Assembly: GCA_037447605.1 (NCBI GenBank)
Contig: CM074807.1
Coordinates: 2,428,327 to 2,492,326 of the forward strand
From: Zygnema circumcarinatum SAG 698-1b
Lineage: Eukaryota; Plantae; Zygnematophyceae
Direction of reading: 5' to 3'
Length of the DNA: 64,000 nucleotides
How positions within the stretch are numbered: position 1 is the stretch's first letter; every line of letters starts with the position of its first letter. The notes beneath the pieces were generated by a model. The model was not told the origin of the DNA. It ran no database searches and saw nothing but the letters and a program-made list of their open reading frames with translations. Both the position numbers and the translations under genes were made by a program. Positions 23,054 to 45,677 of the stretch are shown in pieces.

Positions 23054-23755
23054 AGGGGGCGACTATTTACAGTGTACGGATTCTGAATGTAGTGTACGAT
23101 TTCTCCGGGCAGCAAAAAAATCCTTTTTTTGGTTGCCCGGCGCTGTTTCATACTTTTTAGAATAGATACAGACCTTTTTTAGTCGGATGTACGGATAGTG
23201 ATTTGAAATGTACGAAGCGCGCGTGTCTACAAGGTAGAAGGGCGCAACACGTGGAGCGACATGATTGGTGCGGCAACATATGACGTGACAAGTATGTTTG
23301 GGACCGTGACGTGACGAAACGAGACGCGACAAAAGTGGAGTCCGCGGACGGCAGTCGGAAATGGCGGGAATAAAAACTGACAGATTTTTCCTGAAACACG
23401 CTACGTTATGTGCCCTATCTTTCTCTGTCAGTTTTAATTCCGGCCATTTCCGACTGTCGTCCGCGGACTCCACTTTTTTCGCGTCTCGTTTAGTCTCGTC
23501 ACGGTCCCAAACATACTTGCCACGTCATATGTTGCCGCGACCAATCATGTCGCTCCACGTGTTGCGCCCTTATACCTTGTCGACGCGCGCGCTTCGTACA
23601 TTTCAAATCACTATCCGTACATCCGACGAAAAGAGGTCTGTATCTATTCTAAAAAGTATGAAACAGCGCCGGGCAACCAAAAAAAGGATTTTTTTGCTGC
23701 CCGGCGAAATCGTACACTACATTCAGAATCCGTACACTGTAAATAGTCGCCCCCT
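23054..23755. mobile_element. ~700-bp foldback (palindromic) MITE
   Basis: Near-perfect inverted arms of about 335 bp starting AGGGGGCGACTATTTACAGTG and ending CACTGTAAATAGTCGCCCCCT, short spacer at about 23388-23420; flanked on both sides by ATAATA. Confidence 0.9.
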
Positions 23756-25291
23756 ATAATAATCTTTTATGTATTTTTTGTCTTTTGTTTCCAATACTAT
23801 TTTTTTTTTTGATTTCATTACTGGTAGGTCTTTTTGTTTCTGCTGTCTCTTTAATGATTATCCTTCTCTTACATTTGTTATAGTTTTATAAAGTTTCTAA
23901 TGTTTAGGAACAACACTATAACCACACACAGGAAAAAGCTCGAAAGCACTTGCAAACACAAAAACGTGCAACTCAACTCAAACGCACACTCCCTCTATCC
24001 CTCCTTCATTCCCATGCGCAAAAAGGTAATGTTTTATGACTGTACCAATGCCACTCGGCGGGCTCTAATCCTACAAACCTTTATAGGCACACAATTTGTA
24101 AACTAAACAAAAAGGTCTACCAAACAAGTGAAACAACACCGGTTTCATTCATACCAGCCACTAGCAACTACTCATACACTTTTAACAATCAAATTTGTAC
24201 ACAAAGCAATTTCAAATATACAAGGTTTAGAATTTTTTAAACGCATACCAACAAGCTGTTGTGCGTCCGGTTATCTCGATGTGCTGGTCTTTACACATTT
24301 TACAATTTCGTACAAGATTACAATTGTCTCTTTGTTTCAAATTGTGGCTTGTGTCTTGTGTCATACTTTGAGTTCTCTTTTTTTTGATTTGGCTGAGGGT
24401 CGGGCCGCGCCTTCACATGCGCGAACTGAACGCGGCACGTAGTGCGTACTACGCGTACGGTTGGCCACGCGGCGGCTAAGCTGTCTTCGAAACCACGACG
24501 ACCACGCCTTCTCCAAGCAGCGACTTCGCCGTTGCGTTGCTTGTCACGAAACGGCGAATTCGCGCCCTGCGAGAGGAAGCGGTCCACGTGGACTTTCGAG
24601 CTTTGCCGCGAGGACGGCGTGTGGCGGGGCCTTCGTGGCCGCATCGTGTCCGCACATTTCGCGTATCGACGGTTCTTCGTTGGGCTGCGTTTTCATCTTT
24701 AACTTGGGAAATGCACATGGTAAGCGCGCCAGGCCGTTTCCGAACACCACATATCTTAGACAGTCAGAACGTGGCCACAGCTCGGTGTAACGGCAGTCAC
24801 TCATTAGGGACGGATACACATTGTTTGACAACTTGCAAGAAAGGAGATCTCATTAGCTAAACAGCTGTATCGCAAACAGCAAGAGATGCCACATCTCCTT
24901 TATGAGCTGTACAAAATGCGTCACTTTAGGTCGCCAGCCCACCAACACCTACAATGACTTTGCTCCAGTTGTGTGCTTCCGGTAACCCCTGTCACCCGAC
25001 TGGCAAATCTAAAGATAAGCACTTCACTCGAAGCATAAATGGCAGCTATGAGGAAGCCCAGGTTGCCCTGTACTGACTTCAAAAAAACATTAGTCACATA
25101 ACCACCTCCACCTCAAAAACTGCGTGGGTTCTTGCTGAGGCGTTCTGCCCATGAGACAGCCTCATATGCCATGCCAACAGATTTGCCAGAAGCGAAACCC
25201 ACAAGCATATTTTGCCTCAAAAGTTGGACGCACACTTCGGCTCTTTACAAAACTGACTGCGCTTCAGCGAACAGCACTGGGTGCCCAGCGA

Positions 25292-35518
<10,227 letters not shown>

Positions 35519-35860
35519 GGCGCCTCCGATGCCCGCCCTCCCCTTCTCTCCCTCCCCCTACCCCTCCGCCTCCCACTCCAGCCGGCCACCTCACCTCCCC
35601 TCACCGCAGCGGCAGAAAGGCGGGGGGAGATAAAGGGAAAAGCGCGCCCATGGGCGGCCACAGTCCTGCAGAACGGGGCGCGCGTTCCATGCGGGCCACG
35701 CAGCGTTGGCGTCGTCAGCCGACGTTGGGGACCTCATGGAACGCGGCCTCGCACTAAGGCTCGATACCGCGATATGGTATCGGAATTTCAACCGATACTG
35801 TACGGGCCGTGCGAACCCTACTGGAATGAGCAGGCGGGCCATGGCCATGTAGCAATGCGG

Positions 35861-35895
35861 CATGGCATGGCATGGCATGGCATGGCATGGCATGG
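35861..35895. repeat. (CATGG)7 microsatellite upstream of XRN3
   Basis: Read directly from the sequence. Confidence 0.95.
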
Positions 35896-36465
35896 CCTGG
35901 CCTGGTTGGTCTGGCGCTGGCGACCACGGATGCCCCGGGCCGGAAGGCCCCCTCCGCCATCTAGCGACAGCGCATTTGTGAAAGGAAATTCGCATTTGGT
36001 CTCGCGATGGCGGTCTCATCGAGTGTACACGGACGAACACAACATGGGGAACCAACCGCTCGCAGAGGACCTTAGAACTACGAAAGAAACAAGCGATGAG
36101 CTGCGATCTGCCTCTCGGCCCACCCCTTGCGGGGCCTCAACGCGGCGCGGGAAGCTCGCAAGCACGCGGCCGTGTTCTGTCGATGGCATCATCGCCCTCC
36201 CGCGACCGCTAGTGCCAATCGCCCCTCTTCACGCCACCGAATGTACGTTTGGACGTACAGTAAGATCCGCCACGTGTCAACGCCGCGCACTGCCGCGAGG
36301 CGCATCCAGTGGTCGGGAACCCTAAATACTTCGCGAGCAAGCAATCCACAGCTCAACGCGTTGCGAGATGACGCGTGGCGTATCCGACGGTCAGGAGCCG
36401 ATCCGGCGGACGCTGGGCGCCTCGTGCCGGTGGCGTCGGGTCGCGGCCTGGCCAGCAGTCGGAAA

Positions 36466-36658
36466 TCCAACGGCCTGCGCTGCGAGGTGCCACTCGGCGA
36501 TCCAACGGTCGGAGAGCCGCGAGGAGGCGTCACGCGGCGCGTCCAACTGTTTCAGCACAAGACGCGCACAAAAGGCGATCCAAACGGTCAAAACGCTGTG
36601 AGAAGACACGTGGCGTCCAACGGCCAGGTTCTCCGGGCACGCGGCCATCCAACGGTCA
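36466..36658. promoter_or_regulatory. Cluster of MSA-like TCCAACGGY motifs plus a G-box
   Basis: TCCAACGG(C/T) at 36466, 36501, 36616, 36648; variant TCCAAACGGTC at 36579; ACACGTGGC at 36606. Confidence 0.45.
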
Positions 36659-37768
36659 CAAGTACTTGGAGGAAACTTCGTCACGATGAGACCTCCCTCG
36701 CGGCTGCTTGGAGGGAGGGAGGGCTTGAAGCGGTGTTGAGCCGAGGCGTAGGTCTTCGCTCCTAGCAGTTTTCTTGTGATTAGGTCCTTCGCGACCAGTT
36801 CCTCGTGGTTCCCCATGCTGATTTTGTGCATGTACATTTGATGGCCTCGCCATCGTGAGATCAATGCCACTTCCTCTCCTTTCTCTCTCTCTTCTTCTTC
36901 TTCTTTTTTATTGCATGAGATGAAACAAAGAGTGGTGGAGGAAAAGGAGAGACTGAAATGGCGAGAGTTCCCTTACGGTATTCATCGGCAGGCCGTGCTG
37001 CAGGTTTGAGTGCGTCCTTTACTTCACCTCTGAAGCACGCCCCATTCATTTATTGAGTTGAATGCACGCACTGTCAAATCAGAACACTGCCAGCGAGTAA
37101 GCAAGAGAAGAAGATCAATTTTTCTTGCCTCTTTGGGTACACCCGATGAAACTTACAAGGCAGTAGGAAACTGCCAAAATCAAATCCATTATGATATGTT
37201 TCGGAAAAATTATGTACACAAATAGTGCACAACAAATGCAAATATTTAAGACTACTCTAGCCTGAGGGTCACTAAAAAACACTAAAAAAAGCGCAGCAAA
37301 AAGGAGCTGAGGCCCTCTTCCCTGCAAAAAATTAGAATCACTCAACTCAATAACGACCTCCCAACTGCCCTGTCAGCACATGAAAACAAGATCGACGAAT
37401 TACAACCCATCTAAGTATCTACAAAGCGCATCCCGCCCCCTCTCCTACTGCAACCTCCCTCACTGTTTCCTAGTACAAGTCGGTCCCTGTCAAACTGCAA
37501 GGAAAACCCAAACTAACTATGCTGTAAACTTATGATGAACCTCCTCACAAACCACCAATCTTTCGTGGCAGTTTTAGCGAAGAATTCGACGGCGCCATAC
37601 TAAAAAGCTCCCCAGCAGCATCCTTGAGAGGGAAGCAGCTGCCCTAAGTGGGTCCCCCGCAGGTCTCAAGCAGCCGCTCGAGCCAACAATGCGTGGGCCA
37701 TCCTCACTACACCTCAAGGCGATGCGCAGGCCTCTGCAAATCATCGCCGGTGTTCCATGCATTCCAGT

Positions 37769-40700
37769 TCAGCAATTAGCAGTTGGTGCTTCCTGCAGCT
37801 CCGCAGCACTTGCTATTGTTTCTGTTGCCAGAGGAGAAAGGTTGGAGAGAGATCCTCCTGTGATAACTCGTCGAAATATCGGCACTTTGTGGAGGGGAGC
37901 CTCCACATCTCGCAGCCAACAGGGTCCCTCATAGAGCTCGCCAGGAGTGAGCAGCTCAACCCATGTCCCTCTGGAGACCACCCATAGCTTTGCTTAGAAA
38001 AAGGTGACAAAGTCATTGCCATGTATGCATGTCAGTAAAGACGAATGGTCAGTGTACGTGTTCCAGCAAACTACCTTATCAAAATCACATATACTCTAGC
38101 AGCGGCATTCATACATGCTGAAATACACACCTTGGCAAGTAGACATCTCGCTTTTTCTGGCCCTTCACGACTACTGGCGCCACAATAAGGTCATCACCGA
38201 TAGCGAATTGATCGTTGATCTGAAACGTCTGCATACCACACAAATGTAATGGACATTGCTTCAAACTCACTGGCATTATGCTCCACCGCAAGGACAAATT
38301 TTCCAAGAAACCTGCAAAGACTGTCAGATCGGCAACTTCTGGTACGTACGACGATAGCCATGTCACCCGCATTCGCAGAGAATCTCAGCCAAGACAAATG
38401 CCCCGTCAAGCTGCGTTGTCTACACATACTTAGAACAATCGCAATCTCTCCTCGTGAATGACATTCGTTACCAAGGGTGCATGGCAATTAGCACAATGGG
38501 GTATATAGGGTGCCCACCTCTGCATCCTCCGGGTCGAGCCACCACATGGGCCGGCAAACAGGAGCCAAAACCTTGCACGCATCCTCCATGAGCTGGATGA
38601 TACGGCCGACCACCACTTTGCGAAGCTGCAAGAACAATTGCATCGCCACTTCTTTCATTTCCGGCTTCTGAGTGAACTGTTCTTGAAGGCAAAACTCGCC
38701 GGACATCATAAGAGCGGATGGAGAAAAAATAGAGATATTCCTTTAAAACAGCTTCAGGTTTCTGGATATTCAGTGAATTACCTCCAAAACTGATGTGCAA
38801 AGCTTTTCAGCCTCTTGATTCAGGTCCCACGGAGCAATGGAAAACTGATCCGCAGAATTTGTACGATGTCCATCAACACAGAACAAAAACAACAACAACG
38901 AAGAAAAAGTTATAACATGCTATTCCAATAAAGCCATCCAAGCATTGTCTGAAAAAAGCAAGCAAGCAGCGAGCTCACGAACGATTAAGTCAAACAAAAT
39001 TCGCAAACTGAAGCCCAAGCCCCTTTAAAATGTGAAGCAGGATAGGCCATCTTACCTGCACCGCTGGCATGAAGGCATTGGCTTGAGCCCATCTAACAAG
39101 CAGCTCCATATCTGCACCAAGCATCAAGATTCTCGTTCAGGAGTCTATACGGATTCTCCGCAGAGCTGCATGACCCACCGCGAGTCTGCAGAAAAATCTG
39201 CTCACCTGGCTTCATTCCAAAGTAGGCGTTACCACCGACCATGTCCGGAAGGCAAAATGGATATCCAAGGATGCCCGAAGTCAGAAGCGTAGGGATCAGA
39301 CTGCGGAGACCGTTGCCAGAGCTCCATGTGGAAAATCTGTAAAGACCAATTAACACAGAAATCGGCAATCAGCTAACAACACCTGACGATAGGAAGTGCA
39401 CTACATACTATAGTGTTCCCCTTCAGAGAGACTCACCTGTCCCCCATGCGAGTGAGAAGAGGAGCACTGGTCGTGCGGTGTCCAGTTCGCACTTCAGCGA
39501 AGCTGAAATGGGAGGCCACCTCCTGCAGGGCCAAAGCAGGATACCCTCTTCCTTGAGCTATTGAAGTAAGGAAGCAGAGGGTTACTTGTAAGCGGGCAAA
39601 GAACAGAAACCCAGATACTCTCTAAGCATAGGAGAATAGGGTTTCTTTTGCAACCTGCACGTAAAGGCGTGTGTATTCGGTGGGTGCAATGATGGGCGTG
39701 TGGGTGCGGAAGCGGCGGGGAAGGAAGCATGGCTCTCCAGCATCAAACTTAAAACCATCGATGGAATAATCCTCTTGCAATCTCTTCAGCCTTTGCACAA
39801 ACCTGTCGCCAAACCCCATGCCTCTGAAAACTCAGTCGCACAGATAGCCCTCAACCACTCGATCATATCACCCATGCAGATGGAGACATATCTCACACAT
39901 CCTTCATTTGTAAAATGGCACCATTTGTAACTTACCACTTCACTGCTTCCGGGTTTGTGACATCTAACGCTGCAGCGGGCACTGGCTGCCACCTGTTGCC
40001 CCAGCCAATACCCTCCACGGTTTTCCAGGATAAGGGATTCTTATGAATAAAAAATCTTTCTGCTATTGTAGCACAGTAAGGGCCTGCTGGTGATGGATAA
40101 GGGATTCTTATGAATAAAAAATCTTTCTGCTATTGTAGCACAGTAAGGGCCTGCAGCTCACCAGCGGAAGAAGCCCGGCTTGAGACCTCGAGTAGGTGGA
40201 GCATCAGAGGAAATGAAGTAGCCTCTGGAACATGCAAAAAGGCAAAAGTGGAATGCGACTCAGAATAGAGCAGCACTGTAGATACGATGCCACCAAGCAG
40301 CAGAGAACAGATTCTTTAGGCTTTTGAAAAACGCTGGAATGCAGTCGATAATGGGCATGAAGGGTGAGACAAACGCACTTGGGTGCACCCTCCCTGTACG
40401 CTTCTGAGGCTTCCTCAGCAAACGGCATGATCCAAAGCGTGACACGGAAGCCCAATGCATGTAAGCCTTCCACCATAGCCTGGAGTACATATCATGGCAT
40501 AGCCACATATAGGTTAGCTTTAGAGGACGAAATTTGAGTTTTGACAAAAACAAGCAGTTCAGAGGGGATTGGTGATGATTTCTGCTGCAGTCCGTATGCT
40601 TACTTTTGGGTCCGGGAACTTCACAGGGTCAAAGGCGAAATCTCCATATTTTGACTGTTCCCACCCATCTTCCAAAATCTCAGTCATCATGCAATCCTGA

Positions 40701-43317
40701 AAAATAACCAATTGAAAAAAGAAACATGACAACTCAACAATTTGAACTGAGTGGATAACGTAACCGATTTACCTGCCACTTGTCGTCGATCTCCATAATG
40801 GACCGCTGCAAACCCCTGGCAACTATCTCTTTGGCATAACGCTCCACCTGCACTTGGTTCACCTACAGCCCTCCAATATATGCAATACAAACTCAAAGAA
40901 TGCCACCATTTGAACTCTGCTATCATAAGACAGGCCAATGTAGAGAAAACCCAGCAAAAAGGAAGAAGGGGAGAGGGAATACCTTTGCATGGTAGCGTGC
41001 CCAAGTCGTCCAAATCGGTGATGTGACCATTTCGTGCGGGGGAGGCTTTACGGGCCGGTTCAGTGTTCTAAGGGCAGCCATGGCCGCTTCTTTCACATTG
41101 CGGGTTGCAGAAAGAGCAAATCGAACAGCCAGTCTCCGCATAGCTGCGACCATTTCAAAACATACAAGTGCAAAATTAAATTAGTGTGCAACGCGCAAAA
41201 TTTGAATCGGGTCTTCAAGTTCAACAGGCTACCTGTCGACTTGAGCTGCCGCAATTGTCATGCTGTTGTTCAATTCGATGGAAAAAACATGAAACGAATC
41301 TGCATTGGAGAAAGAAAATCGTACAGCCCAGGTCCTTTACTCACCATGGGTGCCATTTGCTGGCAGGGGAGGGACCCAGTCATGTAGCGGATGAAGCATA
41401 TCATGCGACAAATAGCTACTCCGCGCTTGCAAGCGCAAAAGCCCATCTCCATGCCCCTCACAAAACGACGGCAAAAACTCCTTGGTGAAGTTTTGGACCT
41501 GCAACAAAATGCAGAACGAGGTTATGGCATTCCTTCGTGCTCGTGCCCCCATCCTTTCGCCATCACATGCCCTTTAATGACAGAGATGGAGACTCACTCC
41601 TGTCCCCCAGCTGCGTTGAATCCACCCATCGTGAGGTCCTGCTGTTGGCGCATTGAGGCCCACGTGGAAGAAGGGCGTGTCAGGATCAACCAGCACAAGC
41701 AGCCCCCGGGAGGTCATCCATTGCGCCGCAAGAAGCGTATTAAGACCATTCGGACCATTGTCGAATGGCAGGAAAGGTCCCACCTACACATCTCCGCTCC
41801 CCCTGGTTGTTAAACTCTCTCAACTATACACATTCAACGCTGTATGAGCTTCCAAGAGGAGATTTTTTTTTACACAAGAACATGATCTCGGAGAGCTCAT
41901 AAGCGCTTGCAATCAAAAGAGACTCACCTCGAAGGCGCCGCGGTTCAAAGGCCAGTGCTGACGCATGAAGTGGCCACCGCCGAACCAATGCCCGGCAAAC
42001 CGCATGTCAAGGGTGACTTCTGCCATCTCCACATCGCCATTATGTTGCTTGACGCTGAACTCGCACACGAAGCCTTCTTCAAGCTTCTGTAAGCCCCCAC
42101 GGCAACAACATAAAGTTTCTAGCTTGTCAAATGCATAAATCAAGGTCCGACTTCGCCAAGCTCTGTTCACTATGCATCACTGCAATAGTAGGCAACCTGG
42201 GGATCTTCTTTTTTCGCATTAAGCTATGCCTGATTTTGAAGGACTAGAAGCTTGCCTTGACCCAGCTACAGTCGCGCTCGGGACTCCCTGGCAAGGTAGG
42301 AGAGATGGCATCGAGGTTGCCTCCAGCAGGCACGACCCGCAAAACCGCATCGTCTGACCAGCGAATATCCACCGCTCCCGGGCTTTCCTCTACCGCAGTC
42401 ATTTGGCATGACTCTGGAAAGCAGTTGCTGGGTTTAGGCAAGTGCACCTGCCACAAGGAGGACCACTTTATTATGCCTGGAGTATGCCCTTAAAGCAGTA
42501 AAACATAACGACTTCCTACTGATACAAGATATACCGAGCAATTTCACACCAAACTGTACTTGGCCGCCCACCTCCAGTGATATGCACTTGTGCTGAACTA
42601 CAACAACGTGAATGAGGTTTGACAGGGATCAGTCCCGAAATTTTCTATCTTTCTCAGGATGCTTCCAGAGCCTTACTTGCATGAACCGCCCTCCTGCATT
42701 GACTCAAAGCCTCCTTCTTCGTGTATACAACAGACCACATGCTTCCCACTCACCCTTCCTGTGGCGATCAGACTCTTTTCGCCATCCTTTTCTCGCCGGA
42801 GCTCCAACGCTCCGTCCTGAAAAATTCGCAAGTGCTCCAGTCCATGAAAGATGTCCACGTGGCCTTTCCCAATCACGGCAGTAGGACTCTGCTTCACTCC
42901 CTTATCTTCGACGACCACATCGTGAGAACTATGGAGTAGGTTTGCATCTGCAACTTCCGAAATATGAGCTGATATTCCCTCTGCTAGACTTATCTCTGGT
43001 GCCTCCGCACCGAGAATGGTCCCTGGATTTGGAGCTTCAGCGGCATCATCAGAAAGCTGCATGCCATCGAGAGCTTGAGCTCTTGGCAGAATCCTGCAGC
43101 TCTTCAGTTCCTCGGTCTGGCTCATCCTTGAATTCTGATGCAAGTTTCCTTTTCCAAGCCTTATAAGCCGTGAATTTTGAGATATCGCCCCTTCTCCATG
43201 ACCAGGAAAACCAGCTTCGGTCTGCAAGACTCGACTGACTGGACCAAAAGACCTGCCTATGGTTCCCTTCTGAAGGCCAAACCCTTGGACAAACCTGCAG
43301 CTACTCAGGTTTGACAT
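37769..43317 (-). CDS. Glycoside hydrolase family 31, MYORG/NET37-like, with putative N-terminal transit peptide; multi-exon
   Basis: [10 protein letters not shown]; MEIDDKWQ; [15 protein letters not shown]; [11 protein letters not shown]; [11 protein letters not shown] (catalytic nucleophile); [15 protein letters not shown]; RPMWWLDP; [15 protein letters not shown]...RDVYLPRGTW. Start codon choice (43317) is inferred. Confidence 0.9.
40028..40154. repeat. Perfect 60-bp tandem duplication in a GH31 intron
   Basis: GGATAAGGG...GTAAGGGCCTGC at 40028-40087 and 40095-40154 with a 7-bp spacer TGGTGAT. Confidence 0.95.
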
Positions 43318-43910
43318 CCCACCAGGTGCCTCCCGCGAGCCTGCCCTTAGGCCCTCCCAAGCAGTCTCCAAACCACTGCCAAGACCTGCTCGACACTGTA
43401 TACTCATCTCTCACAGCGTCCAAACGAATGCTCCAGACCTCCAATGGTTTGTTTCGGCAGTAGAGCCTCCTTCCTCTACTTTCTCTCCTTGTCGAATTGC
43501 ACAGACACAGGTAGAAAGAGAGAGGTGTAGAGGGAGACTCAAAGCGAGAATGTGTGGGAGATGCTGCTCCCTGCGCTCTCTCTCTCCGCTGCGGATCTGT
43601 GAGAGGGAGGGCGGCAGGAAGCGCTCTCACCCGGACTTATCCGGACACTTTTTGAGCGCAGAGGCGGATTCGACGGCCGGCTTGACGGCCGACAAAAAGA
43701 AGGCGACCGGCAGGATATGTCGCCGGCAGTTGCGTCTCCGTCTCAGTTTCGCAGTTACGCCTCCGTTCTCCCGCCCATTTGCCATTTGTACCCCAATAAC
43801 TCCCCTCCAAACCAGCCAGAAACCCGGTTTTCACGTCCCCGCGACTGCCCGGACAGCGCGTGACCGACCGCGCTCGAATCTTCGGACCCGATTTTCTCTG
43901 AAGGCAAGCT

Positions 43911-44400
43911 GACGTGGCATATTGATGGCGACTAGCAGCCAGCGGGAGGCTGCCACGTGGCGTCCGTTCTCTAGGCGCTTCTTGACGGCCAGTGACGTGG
44001 TCCCCACAAGGCTGACGTGGCAGGATTGGCCTCGTGGCGCAGCGCCTGCCGCGCCCAGATCTCGCTCGCGGACTTTGTCGCGAAACGTGTCACGTCACGC
44101 GTGCCGGAAATTCACCGTACGGACGAGCCGGGGCGGGCGCGATCGCGTACTGTACTGTAACGGATTAAACGGCCGAGGGGGGATCTGAGGGTACGGTCAC
44201 GGATGTACGAAACAGTCGGTGACCGCATCAGGAACCGGCGTCATGATCAGTACCGATTCCGTTAGTCGGTTCGGGCAGATTGGAAAGAGTGCGGGATTTT
44301 TTTCGCCACGCGGTTCCACAAGGCAAAAGTCCACGTGGCGGAGTCTTCCGGTGACGTGACGAATCAGAGTCTCTAGAAAGGGGCAGGATGGTTACGTGGC
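43911..44400. promoter_or_regulatory. ABRE/G-box cluster upstream of the GH31 gene
   Basis: ACGTGGC at 43912, 43955, 44015, 44333, 44394; ACGTGTC at 44085; ACGTGGT at 43995. Confidence 0.55.
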
Positions 44401-44501
44401 AGAACCTTATTGGATACAAAACTGTCCGAAATGAATATATGTATTTCTTTTTTACTAGCAGCGCACATTGTGCTACATTTCTTCGCTCATGTGTGCGCAT
44501 G

Positions 44502-44546
44502 TTGGGCTTGTTGGGCTTGTCGGGCTTGTTGGGCTTGTTGGGCTTG
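44502..44546. repeat. 5 x 9-bp tandem repeat TTGGGCTTG (site II TGGGCY-like)
   Basis: Read directly; one unit carries a T>C change. Confidence 0.85.
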
Positions 44547-45677
44547 TCACGCTGGTCCTTCCTATTGGCCCTTCCCTATGTACAAGAGGAGAGAATGAAT
44601 CGGCGTTGGTCTCACGATGGCAAGGCCATGAAATGCGCATGTTCGAAGGCATACATGGAGCACCAAAGGGGCCACCGCTCGCAGGGGAGACCTCGGGCAG
44701 CCCTTCCTTGGCCGCACTGTTCCGGTCCTTGTGGGGTCGACGCCAGTCTGTTTGGTCCGCGAGCACCACGCGGCGTTCCTTCATTGGACAACCTTCGTCG
44801 AGCTATCCAATGGCGGTTCACCGCTCACACAACAACAACATGGGAAGCATGCTAGAGCAGCGGGCCCCCTCTATCCTATCGTCAATCACACAAGCATCTC
44901 AAGATCCCGTTCAAAAAAAGCAATTGCACTTCATTTGGACTCCATGTCCTTACCATACCCGAAACCATATTTTCGCTGCGGTCACGGAGATAGCTTGCAG
45001 GAAAACAACAGGGGTCTCCGTCTGATCCTTCTCCATTTGTTAGTATTAGGAGCTGCTTGGAGAGGCCGTCCGAAGCGTCTGAGTGGAAACTCATGACTCA
45101 CAACACAACAGAAGGCCCATTGTGAACAACCAACAAAAAAACTGGCACTCACACAACAGCATGAACAAAAATTATGATACTGTTTGTTTGAAAAGACATA
45201 CCGAATAGCAGGCCCTCCAACTATGTCTAGCCCCAAAAGCATTCAGCTGCGAACCCTATACTCTCAACAACCCTAATTTCTCCTTCTGCTTGAAGCAGCT
45301 TACTCATAAATGGCGAGAAAAGAGCACCTCGACCAACAATAACAGCAACGACCCATAAGACTTAGACAGCATCCCCTGACCCTGTTTTGGAGTCATTCCA
45401 CGACCAACACTTCTGGGTCAAAACTGGCGAAGGGTTTCAGTTACTTTCTCACCCTTTTCAGATGATTGGCAAAAGAGGCTCAGACGATTTGGCAAGATGT
45501 GACTCAAAGCAGATTGTGCGCTATTTCCACGGCACTGCAGAGCTACCCAGGGCTCACACGTACACAAGTATTTCCAGTCAATTAGCCCCGATTCCGTCTC
45601 TCCCTTGTCAAGTAGGCTAGCCTGAGCAGCCGAGCCTAAGTTACCTGCTATGCTAAGGTACAAGATCCCTCGACTCA

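Noticed and set aside
24200-24320. Cys-containing minus-strand peptide (CKMCKDQH...GRTTACW) like a piggyBac cysteine-rich tail
   Set aside because: Too short, and no transposase core or TTAA-flanked termini nearby.
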